From positions 2,976,001 to 3,040,000 of the forward strand of contig JBLDXI010000019.1 of the NCBI GenBank assembly GCA_047495785.1: a stretch of DNA of 64,000 nucleotides. The letters run 5' to 3'. Position 1 is the first letter of the stretch; each line of letters opens with the position of its first letter. Shown piece by piece: positions 11,477 through 21,353 of this stretch. A program made the translations under genes and the position numbers. This stretch comes from Lepidodermella squamata. Its lineage: Eukaryota > Animalia > Gastrotricha. The notes under the pieces are model-generated. The model was given only the letters and a program-made list of their open reading frames with translations. It did no database searches and was not told where the DNA came from.

Positions 11477-11921
11477 GAAGGTGGGCTCTTACGCTACAAT
11501 TCCGTGCGATATGCTTCATTATTACGAAAACTATGATATGCATACTAAGCCTCTTTACCTAATCGTGAATGCCTCTCCAAGCTCGACAGCAGGCACTCAT
11601 TGGATAGCCATACATGTAACGGAAACATCAATTACCTTCATGGACTCTTATGGTCAGGATTCGGGATCTTGGTCGGTTCGTCTGGACCATTTCATCGGTA
11701 ACATGGCGAATTGTGGCAGGAAGCTCGTATCATTCAATCACCGCGGCCTTCAACCGTTTGACAGTGCCTACTGTGGTTTGTATTGCCTGGTATTCCTACA
11801 TCAGTCAGCTCGCGGTGTTTCCCTACCTAATATTCTTTCGTTAATCACTAATCATGGCTGGAATACGAGAGCCGAAAATGACGCTTTTGTTGCACGCTTT
11901 GTTAAGGACAACTTTGCATAG
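11475..11921 (+). CDS. Protease copy 2 with a junction-derived N-terminus (MKVGS)
   Basis: In-frame ATG upstream of the junction; all catalytic residues retained. Confidence 0.55.
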   Translation: MKVGSYATIPCDMLHYYENYDMHTKPLYLIVNASPSSTAGTHWIAIHVTETSITFMDSYGQDSGSWSVRLDHFIGNMANCGRKLVSFNHRGLQPFDSAYCGLYCLVFLHQSARGVSLPNILSLITNHGWNTRAENDAFVARFVKDNFA

Positions 11922-11944
11922 TATATAAAAAGAGCTGCTTGTAA

Positions 11945-12794
11945 ATGTTACCTACCATACATAATATTAATAAATCCATAACGGAAGATTATATGACGAT
12001 GACTTCGTTTACCACAGCTTTCCAGGCACCTTGTACTATAATCATTTCTGGCCCTAGTCAGGGTGGAAAATCAACACTAATCAAAGATATTTTGCTGTAC
12101 CCTGGCTCATTCGATAGACCTATCGATAGGGTAGTTTGGTTTCGAGGTATTGCTCAACCAGGTCATGTCGAACTCAGTCAACAAGTTCGGGCAGTGCGTG
12201 GAATTCCGATCGAATATCGGGATGACATAACAACCTTTCACGAGGCTGATTACCTGGGACCTGGGCATAAGCTGCTGGTATTCGATGATAATTACTGCGA
12301 TGCCAAGGATATGAAGCAAGTTGCAGAACTGTTTTACCGCGGTTCGCATCACAGCCAAATTTCAGTAATAATGGCGCAAAATAATTTATTTCCTCGGTTT
12401 GTTTACTGCTATATGAATAATATATTATAACCATGATTTTTAGAGGAAAGTTTTCCCGAGATGTCACCTTGAATGCGAGATACATTATTGTTTTTCGCTC
12501 ACCTTGTGACATGACTCAGTTCGGACACCTGGCTCGTCGAATTTTACCCAAAGACTGGAGATTCTTGCAAGGTTAACAATTTAAATTTCATTTGAATATT
12601 ACCGCTTCACATCATTAAAATATATAGAGAGCTTTGACATTGCTACGAGCGCGCCTTTTGGTTATCTTTTAATAGATAACACATCATCTTGCCCGCCGTT
12701 ACTCCGTTTTCGAAACTTTATCGGATCTCGAACTGGCAACGTTTTTGTAAAGGTGGAAGACGTTCCCAGCTTGAACCTACCACTGACTATATAA
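11945..12794 (+). CDS. Packaging ATPase copy 2 (complete, 2 introns)
   Basis: Identical to copy 1 at +1962, with its own TATA box. Confidence 0.85.
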
Positions 12795-12988
12795 AAAGGA
12801 CTCTGTGTTACAGTAGGAATAAACACATCAAACTCTTGATTATGTTCGGTTTATTGTGTTACTACTACTACGAATACTACTACTACTACTACAGTATATG
12901 TTAAGCATACGTAGATTAAGTAAGCGATTATATATAGTATTGTCCAGTGTCAGTTTAGTCCATTGAGCCGAGAACGAATTCTCTCTCT

Positions 12989-13432
12989 CTACTCGTTCAG
13001 GTTCGAGAGCATGTAGTAGATCATGTGCTGCAGTTCCATGAAGACTGCATCTGAGGCACAAAAACCATCTTGCGAGAATTCCTGCGAATTTTCTTGTCCA
13101 ATGATGATATTACCCGCAGCAGGCAGGAAAAGGCGGACATCGACATATGTGCGGGGTGACCCGTTCGGACGAAATACCTTGGCGTGAAACATTCCTCCGA
13201 TGTGATGTTTCGGTCCATTGCACATCATCTTCCCTCTCGGTAGTTTCAGCTCCTGCTTGATCTTGTCAACCCATGAGCCTTCGATCTGCATGCTTTCATA
13301 AATCATTCGCAGCTCTCGAGCTGAGAGATACAAACCCTTGCGTGTATAGTAGAGTTTGTTCACTTCGATTGCATGACCAATGAAAAACTCAAGATCTGGA
13401 ACGTGATCATCATGATTTCGACGCAAGATCAT
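12989..13432 (-). CDS. N-terminally truncated PC4-like copy
   Basis: Identical to 11033-11476. Confidence 0.45.
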   Translation of the reverse strand: MILRRNHDDHVPDLEFFIGHAIEVNKLYYTRKGLYLSARELRMIYESMQIEGSWVDKIKQELKLPRGKMMCNGPKHHIGGMFHAKVFRPNGSPRTYVDVRLFLPAAGNIIIGQENSQEFSQDGFCASDAVFMELQHMIYYMLSNLNE

Positions 13433-13877
13433 GAAGGTGGGCTCTTACGCTACAATTCCGTGCGATATGCTTCATTATTACGAAAACTATGATATGCATA
13501 CTAAGCCTCTTTACCTAATCGTGAATGCCTCTCCAAGCTCGACAGCAGGCACTCATTGGATAGCCATACATGTAACGGAAACATCAATTACCTTCATGGA
13601 CTCTTATGGTCAGGATTCGGGATCTTGGTCGGTTCGTCTGGACCATTTCATCGGTAACATGGCGAATTGTGGCAGGAAGCTCGTATCATTCAATCACCGC
13701 GGCCTTCAACCGTTTGACAGTGCCTACTGTGGTTTGTATTGCCTGGTATTCCTACATCAGTCAGCTCGCGGTGTTTCCCTACCTAATATTCTTTCGTTAA
13801 TCACTAATCATGGCTGGAATACGAGAGCCGAAAATGACGCTTTTGTTGCACGCTTTGTTAAGGACAACTTTGCATAG
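13431..13877 (+). CDS. Protease copy 3 with a junction-derived N-terminus
   Basis: Identical to 11475-11921. Confidence 0.55.
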   Translation: MKVGSYATIPCDMLHYYENYDMHTKPLYLIVNASPSSTAGTHWIAIHVTETSITFMDSYGQDSGSWSVRLDHFIGNMANCGRKLVSFNHRGLQPFDSAYCGLYCLVFLHQSARGVSLPNILSLITNHGWNTRAENDAFVARFVKDNFA

Positions 13878-13900
13878 TATATAAAAAGAGCTGCTTGTAA

Positions 13901-14750
13901 ATGTTACCTACCATACATAATATTAATAAATCCATAACGGAAGATTATATGACGATGACTTCGTTTACCACAGCTTTCCAGGCACCTTGTACTATAATCA
14001 TTTCTGGCCCTAGTCAGGGTGGAAAATCAACACTAATCAAAGATATTTTGCTGTACCCTGGCTCATTCGATAGACCTATCGATAGGGTAGTTTGGTTTCG
14101 AGGTATTGCTCAACCAGGTCATGTCGAACTCAGTCAACAAGTTCGGGCAGTGCGTGGAATTCCGATCGAATATCGGGATGACATAACAACCTTTCACGAG
14201 GCTGATTACCTGGGACCTGGGCATAAGCTGCTGGTATTCGATGATAATTACTGCGATGCCAAGGATATGAAGCAAGTTGCAGAACTGTTTTACCGCGGTT
14301 CGCATCACAGCCAAATTTCAGTAATAATGGCGCAAAATAATTTATTTCCTCGGTTTGTTTACTGCTATATGAATAATATATTATAACCATGATTTTTAGA
14401 GGAAAGTTTTCCCGAGATGTCACCTTGAATGCGAGATACATTATTGTTTTTCGCTCACCTTGTGACATGACTCAGTTCGGACACCTGGCTCGTCGAATTT
14501 TACCCAAAGACTGGAGATTCTTGCAAGGTTAACAATTTAAATTTCATTTGAATATTACCGCTTCACATCATTAAAATATATAGAGAGCTTTGACATTGCT
14601 ACGAGCGCGCCTTTTGGTTATCTTTTAATAGATAACACATCATCTTGCCCGCCGTTACTCCGTTTTCGAAACTTTATCGGATCTCGAACTGGCAACGTTT
14701 TTGTAAAGGTGGAAGACGTTCCCAGCTTGAACCTACCACTGACTATATAA
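13901..14750 (+). CDS. Packaging ATPase copy 3 (complete, 2 introns)
   Basis: Identical to copy 1 at +3918. Confidence 0.85.
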
Positions 14751-14950
14751 AAAGGACTCTGTGTTACAGTAGGAATAAACACATCAAACTCTTGATTATG
14801 TTCGGTTTATTGTGTTACTACTACTACGAATACTACTACTACTACTACAGTATATGTTAAGCATACGTAGATTAAGTAAGCGATATATAGTATATATAGT
14901 ATTGTCCAGTGTCAGTTTAGTCCATTGAGCCGAGAACGAATTCTCTCTCT

Positions 14951-15604
14951 CTACTCGTTCAGGTTCGAGAGCATGTAGTAGATCATGTGCTGCAGTTCCA
15001 TGAAGACTGCATCTGAGGCACAAAAACCATCTTGCGAGAATTCCTGCGAATTTTCTTGTCCAATGATGATATTACCCGCAGCAGGCAGGAAAAGGCGGAC
15101 ATCGACATATGTGCGGGGTGACCCGTTCGGACGAAATACCTTGGCGTGAAACATTCCTCCGATGTGATGTTTCGGTCCATTGCACATCATCTTCCCTCTC
15201 GGTAGTTTCAGCTCCTGCTTGATCTTGTCAACCCATGAGCCTTCGATCTGCATGCTTTCATAAATCATTCGCAGCTCTCGAGCTGAGAGATACAAACCCT
15301 TGCGTGTATAGTAGAGTTTGTTCACTTCGATTGCATGACCAATGAAAAACTCAAGATCTGGAACGTGATCATCATGATTTCGACGCAAGATCATGAAGGT
15401 GGGCTCTTTACAGCTTGTTATCGACTGCCTGGCCAAAGTGTAGTGTACTCGTTGAAATCGACTGAGGTCATTCCAACCAGGAATCAAACCGCTTCGATTT
15501 GAGCCGGCAGCAGCAGCAGCAGCATGACCACGTGGAGGTAGCAATGGACCATCGATTGTTGGCGATGAGGGGGTATCCATGGTGGTGGTGGTGGTAGTTT
15601 CCAT
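14951..15604 (-). CDS. Protein with two putative PC4/Sub1-like ssDNA-binding domains (full-length copy)
   Basis: YTRKGLYLSARELRMI and TYVDVRLF...SQDGFCASDAVFMEL resemble the PC4 motifs YVDIRE and TKKGISL; TATAAAA on the minus strand at ~15694-15700. Confidence 0.65.
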   Translation of the reverse strand: METTTTTTMDTPSSPTIDGPLLPPRGHAAAAAAGSNRSGLIPGWNDLSRFQRVHYTLARQSITSCKEPTFMILRRNHDDHVPDLEFFIGHAIEVNKLYYTRKGLYLSARELRMIYESMQIEGSWVDKIKQELKLPRGKMMCNGPKHHIGGMFHAKVFRPNGSPRTYVDVRLFLPAAGNIIIGQENSQEFSQDGFCASDAVFMELQHMIYYMLSNLNE

Positions 15605-15787
15605 CAAATAAAAGAAGTTATCTCAGGATATATACTACCAAAATGTAAAGCAAGCGTTAGTTATGACTATTTCCACCCTTCTCCGCAGGCAACCTTTTAT
15701 ACAGGTCGGACCGTTAGTTGTCATATAGGTATTGTTTGATTAAGTATATTAACCGTTTCTAGTGACAGTTTGTTAATTAATAATATT

Positions 15788-16171
15788 ATGGCGCCAAAGG
15801 CGCAAACGTCAAAGCGGCAACGAACTCTTGACTTCCTACGGTTGCTTACCCAGGCACCACCTAGCCAGCGGCGACGGTTGCTCGGGTTGGCGCCAACTCG
15901 TATAGTTGTTCTGCTAACCGAAATCTGTCTAAATTTGCTACGTCATAACCTGTCAGCGGACTCGAAGACAGTTAAGAAGCTACGTACATATAAAGCAACT
16001 ATCGAGCGCATTTCCAAGTTTAAATCACCAGACATCAACCGCCAATTGCTAGTTCAAAACGGCAGTGGTGCTTTCATTCCCCTACTTATTTCAGCTGCTA
16101 GTAGCGTTCTACCTTCAGTTATTGACGGTATTTTGGCACTTCGTAAAAGCAGCACTAATCGTGATGTCTGA
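15788..16171 (+). CDS. Conserved Polinton basic protein with an adenovirus pX-like C-terminus ('GasderminX'-type)
   Basis: LRLLTQAPPSQRRRLL...LTEICLNLLRHNL...KKLRTYK...LVQNGSGAFIPLLISAASSVLP resembles the Q-x-G-G-F-L-P-L-L/pX signature. Confidence 0.75.
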   Translation: MAPKAQTSKRQRTLDFLRLLTQAPPSQRRRLLGLAPTRIVVLLTEICLNLLRHNLSADSKTVKKLRTYKATIERISKFKSPDINRQLLVQNGSGAFIPLLISAASSVLPSVIDGILALRKSSTNRDV

Positions 16172-17120
16172 GAAGCATAGTCGCAAGTTGGTCCTCATGC
16201 AAGACTTGGCGGCAGATGGTAATGGAAATGTGACGACGACGACGACGCCAGTTACTACGCGCGCGGAAGGTGTTTGTGATAAAGATGCACTACAACGAAG
16301 AGCAATGACGAGGCAGCGTTTGTTTGATGGGCCCGCCTATTCCAAGGTGGAAGATTTGGAAAATCAAATGACTGATATACTACAGCAACCAAATGTTAAC
16401 TCGCAGAGTGCACGAGAGTACAACTACCTGTTCGGGGAACTTGAACGGCTCAAGCAAAACTTTCGACTGTTCCAAAATACCAGAGTTAACAACCAGACTG
16501 ATCAAGCACCTACGAAAGAGTCACCTCGACCTCCTGCTCCCACACCTGTTACTGGCACTACGCCTACCGCGGCGGCTGCTGCTGCTGCTTCTGATCCGGT
16601 AGCCGGTGGTAGTGATACTGCTGTAGCAGGCACGGTTACTAATGGGGACGCTACAACCAATTACCTCAATGCTCGCTTTGGCAGTTTAAAGTCTGATCAA
16701 CTTGAAAAAGCATCCTCTATTTTGAATCATCTGCGTTCGAATTTGTCACCTGATGCTACCTTCACATTGGATGGATCATCGTCCTCCTCAACAATCACTT
16801 TTATTCGGGATGACAGTACCTTGGCTGAGATCCCGGTCGATACTCTGGTTGAAGTCTTAACAAAAGCTCCAAGCAAATTATCAGTCTCCGCAAAGCAGCT
16901 GTTTCAACCAGTTGCGGAACTCTTGTCAAAGACCTCTGCACCCATGCATCTATTCGCAAAGTCGAGCATTGGTAAATCGGTCACGGCGATGACTAATGCT
17001 CGCTATCAAAATCCGACGCGTCCGCCGCGCCAACGGTCTATGTCGTCGTCATCGTTCCTTCGAGACATTGTTACACCTGATATTGCAACCATGTTTCCGT
17101 GGGAACACGTGGGAACATGA
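16164..17120 (+). CDS. Conserved Polinton hypothetical protein (~318 aa)
   Basis: RKLVL N-terminus and LENQMTDILQQP...AREYNYLFGELERL helix, as recalled from Polinton ORFs following the pX-like gene; overlaps the previous stop codon. Confidence 0.65.
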   Translation: MSEKHSRKLVLMQDLAADGNGNVTTTTTPVTTRAEGVCDKDALQRRAMTRQRLFDGPAYSKVEDLENQMTDILQQPNVNSQSAREYNYLFGELERLKQNFRLFQNTRVNNQTDQAPTKESPRPPAPTPVTGTTPTAAAAAAASDPVAGGSDTAVAGTVTNGDATTNYLNARFGSLKSDQLEKASSILNHLRSNLSPDATFTLDGSSSSSTITFIRDDSTLAEIPVDTLVEVLTKAPSKLSVSAKQLFQPVAELLSKTSAPMHLFAKSSIGKSVTAMTNARYQNPTRPPRQRSMSSSSFLRDIVTPDIATMFPWEHVGT

Positions 17121-17142
17121 TAAAAGATTGTGGTTGCTGCTG

Positions 17143-17178
<36 letters not shown>

Positions 17179-17271
17179 TTACTACTACTATCGTAATAAA
17201 ATTTGCAATAAAACACGACCTGCAGGGGTGTCTCAATCGTTCATTCTTTCATTCATTCATTCATTCATTCA
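17143..17271 (+). repeat. Microsatellites (TAC)n 17143-17190 and (TTCA)n 17240-17271
   Basis: Seen directly. Confidence 0.9.
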
Positions 17272-17329
17272 TACAACTGCATTTACCAAACCTGCCGCAG
17301 TCACATGATCATGGGAACATTTTTCAACA

Positions 17330-17543
17330 AACAACCTTGATATTTATTATTCAATTTTCATTTTCGCGCCAAAAATTACCAACGACCTTGACATTTATTT
17401 TCAAATTTTCATTTTCGCGCCAAAAATTACAAACGACCTTGACATTTATTTTCAAATTTTTCATTTTCGCGCCAAAAATTACAAACGACCTTGACATTTA
17501 TTTTCAAATTTTCGCGCCAAAACTTTCTCAAACGACCTTGACA
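17330..17543 (+). repeat. Subterminal ~51-nt tandem repeats (~4.3 copies) in the presumed right TIR
   Basis: Unit AACGACCTTGACATTTATTTTCAAATTTTCATTTTCGCGCCAAAAATTAC. Confidence 0.9.
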
Positions 17544-17623
17544 TAATCATTATGATTCATTTCTCCGACCGTGGGAAAATATTTGAATTTTTGACCGTTG
17601 CTGGAGACCCCCCCCTTACTACT

Positions 17624-17686
17624 CAATTGATAGATAAAATTGGGTAGCCTCACCATAACGCCTAGGAATAATGCAAGCTTTACCAT
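17624..17686 (-). CDS. Exon 1 (17686-17654, MVKLALFLGVM) and 30 nt of intron of a 4-Cys secreted peptide gene, interrupted by the Maverick
   Basis: Homologous to exon 1 and the GTGAGG intron of the copies at 18.7, 21.35 and 25.49 kb; homology stops exactly at the Maverick terminus. Confidence 0.85.
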
Positions 17687-18425
17687 GATGAAATCTTAAA
17701 GTTAAAATAATAATTGTTATCACAAAGTTTGAAACAAGAAAATTTAAGGGAGGCAACAACTGCTTCTCGAAATCGACTCACTCATTCATCGCATACCGAA
17801 TATACAGTCGTAGCGCAAGCAGCAGCCAACAGATATGACATTAGCGAAAACACCAGCACAGGGGACGGGGGACATCTGCTATATGTAATAACATTTCCCT
17901 TCCTAAACTCCGTGTGTCTTAAATGAAAACTTCAATACAAAAACAATTCTTTTTATTACGCTGAAGGCAAATAAAAAGAAGCTGATGTTGAATAATAAGA
18001 AAACGTTAGTTGAAGTTCAATTGTTCACAGCAAGGACCAAGGACTCGTTGCAGACGATATTGCGCGAAAACGGTCGCCAAGGCTTATATAAAGCAGGGCA
18101 AAAACAGCCAAATTCCTCGGGTCGCAAACCCTCGACACCTGGGCAACCTCGGCAACGTAGAGCTGTCCGTGGCTGAAGACACTGGTGTGTAGAAGGGATA
18201 AGCCGAGGAAGTTGAAAGTCAGGCCGTGACTTTTATTGAAGGTCGTAGCAGAAGCGATTTTCCTGATTTGTCATTCTATGGCATAATTCCGATTTCTTAC
18301 TTCGCATTATATCTATAATGACACAGCAAGTGAATATTTTATTATGCCATTGATTGGAATACTTGGTGGGCAATTCATAAGAAAGGATAATTTAAAGTTG
18401 TATAGCATGAATACAGCATGTCTAA

Positions 18426-18714
18426 TCAGCTAGGTCTGCAGACGGCGGTAAACCCGCCTCTTTTCCATTTACCGGGTTTGCCAGAATAGGTTGTACACTT
18501 GCTCCCAATCTCAACGCAACCGAAATCAGGAGCCAACATCAACTTGCGAGTACAAGAGGCTATTTGCGCCTCTACTTGCTCGTCAAACGGAAGGCCTTCT
18601 GCCATGAAAAGTAAAGCGACAGTGGCCTGTTGGAATATAACCGAATGATTATAATGGATAGATCAAATCTGGTAGCCTCACCATAACGCCGATGAACAAC
18701 GCCAGCTTTACCAT
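18426..18714 (-). CDS. Small secreted 4-Cys peptide, family A (77 aa; intron 18627-18681)
   Basis: MVKLALFIGVM/ATVALLFMAEGLPFDEQVEAQIASCTRKLMLAPDFGCVEIGSKCTTYSGKPGKWKRGGFTAVCRPS*. Confidence 0.82.
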
Positions 18715-18957
18715 GATAAAAAATTTGAAAACAAATTTTTACCACGAAGTTTGAAATTAGGATATGTATTTGAATTAGAGTATGCCTCACTTAAGTGAGG
18801 CAGCAACTACTTCTTCAAATCGACTCACTTATTCATCGCCTACTGAATATACAGTCTTAGCGCAAGCAGCGTTACGTCAGCGAAAACACAAGTATAGGGT
18901 ACCGCTGCTGCTATGTAATATTATTATCTACTTGGGTTAATAGCCGCTTTTACAATA

Positions 18958-19070
18958 CATTGTGGTCTGATACTAGTGCAGGGGGCGAAGTTCATTCTTC
19001 AATTTTTCCAAGCTCCTCATTTAAAAGATGATTGAACTTCGCCCCCCTGCCCTAGTATCAGACCACAATG
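18958..19070. mobile_element. MITE (Tc1/mariner-type, TA-flanked)
   Basis: ~38-nt TIRs CATTGTGGTCTGATACTAG...CTAGTATCAGACCACAATG with TA on both sides. Confidence 0.75.
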
Positions 19071-19653
19071 TACAAATCTGTTTCTATTTCTGACTTATTA
19101 GCAATTAAGTCCCACAATTAGGCGTGGCGCAATCGTCGAGAGCGATGAAAATGCCAGATGACATTTAATTTTTTTGAAATTCGAGTTCCAATTTGAAGGC
19201 AACTGTAGCAAGGAATGTAATTATTGATGGCATTGAAGGTATATAATGAAGTCAGTGTTGAAGATAGTAAATATTGAGGTATCAGCGGTGAAAAATCTTT
19301 TCCATCTTTTCCATCTTTAAAATAATTAGGTTAGCCGCAGCGCTAAATTAAACTTAAAAATTAATAAAAGTCCAAAATTATTATCAATCAATTATATCTT
19401 ATACTGGTCAGTGAGCATAGCCCCTCTAATGGCTTCACGGGAAGAGACCCGGCATTTTAAATAAATTTCGAGAATTTATCGTCAGACAAACAAAAGATCC
19501 ATATGCCTATCGAAAATAAAAAAAATTGATTTCCCACTCGACTACGTCGCCCGCATATATCCGCATAATTATTCCGCATTTATTTATAGTTTTGTTCATG
19601 GGGATGCTCATTCAAATTTATAATTAAATCAAAAACCTTTGCTGGGTGAGTAC

Positions 19654-20067
19654 AAATCTGTCGCCCGAAATTAAATAAGCGCGTCCCAGTTTTGTAGTAA
19701 CCAGTTTTGAAAACATGAAAACTAGTTTATTTGTCCGAAGTTTCGGCAGAGTTCAATCATGCCATCATCAGGGAAATCACATTAATGAAAGAGCAAATTA
19801 TTTCGGGCCGTTATCTTCCATTAAACTATTCGCATAATTCGGTAAAAAAAAGTGATATAGCGTCCAGCCGATAAAACCTGCATTAACGCATTGACCGCTG
19901 TTATATTTAGAGGCGCGCACTTGGGGCGCACATTTTGATTTTGAGGGCGGCGATCACGCAACAGTATTTACTATGTCTGCGCACTTATTTAATTTTGGAG
20001 CGACATGGGAGCGACGTTTGAAAAGGGGCGCATTTATTTAATATTTACTTTTGGGCGACAGTTTTGG
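19654..20067. mobile_element. Degenerate MITE-like element
   Basis: Imperfect inverted ends CAAATCTGTCGCCCGAAA / TTTTGGGCGACAGTTTTG. Confidence 0.4.
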
Positions 20068-21052
20068 TTTATCCGTTTTTTGCTCCAGCTTACAAACTGA
20101 CGAAATTAAGGTGGATAGCCTGAACGGAAAACCTCTAATAACTGATATTAGATGATAGGCGATTTTGAGTTATTTAGCTCAAAAATAAAAACTCCGTCAA
20201 TTGTTTGTGTCAACAGCATTTTTCACTGTTTCTTACAAAATCACGAGTGCATGGCTGCAGAACTTCCCGGCAGCATATCTACAATATATCCCAAATTAAT
20301 TGGGACTTCAAATAAGATTTCAAAATTTCCCGAAATTATCCTGGAAAACCCGAATTTTCCAGATCTGCAGATTCTACAACAAAATAACATCCAAAACCCC
20401 AACATTTTTCACAATTGACTTTTTCGAAAGATTGAAAAGTCATAAAAAGACATTGTAACAAATTTTTCCGAACTTTCCCATCGTTCTAAATAATTATAAA
20501 AAAATGTGATACCCGTAAAAATTTGAAATTTAACCCTTTCATGACCATAAGGACGATGCCGGAAATTCGACTTTGACAGCGCACTAAAATCGCAATTTGA
20601 TGAAGTTTATATTTATCGCCCTTTTGAGCAATATTGACCATTTAGATCACTTAATAAAACGCAAAAATTATCAACAAAGGTCGCTAGGAATTAATTACGA
20701 TGGTACGAGCACATAGAGCGCAGAGACTCGGAATCGCAATTGAAACAGGTTGAACCTTCAGCCATACTGGGTACACCGGAGTGACTTTTATTTCGTTATC
20801 TGTACAGGTTATGAAGCAAATCCCTCCACAACTCATCCATCAGTTCATACTTCGTACAGCCGTTGAATCCCCCTGCCGTCTGTTAACTTGATCTGTCATT
20901 CTATGGCATAAATTATCAGATTTCTCACTTCGCATTACATGCAGCCTGCAGCAAGTGCACATTTTATTATGCTATCGATTTGGGAATCTTGGAGGGCAAT
21001 TCATAAGAAAGGAGAATTTTAAAGTTTTAAAGCATGAATACAGCATGTCTTA

Positions 21053-21353
21053 TCAGTTAGTTCTGCAGACAGCAGTAAACCCGCCTCTTTTCCATTTACC
21101 AGATTTGCCAGTATAGGTTGTACACTTGCTCCCAATCTCAACGCAACCGAACCCATGAGTTCTCAACGCAACCATCATCCAATTGCGAATGCAAATGGTT
21201 TTTTCCGCCTCTGCCTGCTCGTCAACCGGAAGGCCTTCAGCCAAGAAAAGTAGGGCGAGAGCGGCCTGTTGGAAAATAACTGAATGATTATAATTGATAG
21301 AGCAAATTGCGTAGCCTCACCATAACACTGATGAGCAATGCAAGCTTTGCCAT
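21053..21353 (-). CDS. Small secreted 4-Cys peptide, family A (81 aa; intron 21266-21320)
   Basis: MAKLALLISVM/AALALLFLAEGLPVDEQAEAEKTICIRNWMMVALRTHGFGCVEIGSKCTTYTGKSGKWKRGGFTAVCRTN*. Confidence 0.82.

Larger units (their letters stand above)
9527..15406 (+). repeat. Tandem triplication of a ~1.96-kb unit (9527-11488, 11489-13444, 13445-15406)
   Basis: Identical translations at offsets 1962/1956; the only difference I saw is a 6-nt deletion in copy 2 near 12928. Confidence 0.97.
1..17623 (+). mobile_element. Maverick/Polinton (adintovirus-like) endogenous dsDNA virus; left end lies outside the window
   Basis: Full core gene set (pPolB, rve integrase, minor and major capsid, adenain-type protease, packaging ATPase). 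Ends ...CCCCCCCTTACTACT at 17623, matching the AGTAGT...ACTACT Polinton terminus, and is followed directly by host gene sequence. Confidence 0.95.

Noticed and set aside
17330-17543. CRISPR-like array
   Set aside because: The units are tandem with no unique spacers, the context is eukaryotic, and there are no cas genes.
16996-17546. Poly-L/V/Y/T ORFs
   Set aside because: These are translations of the (TAC)n microsatellite and the terminal repeats.
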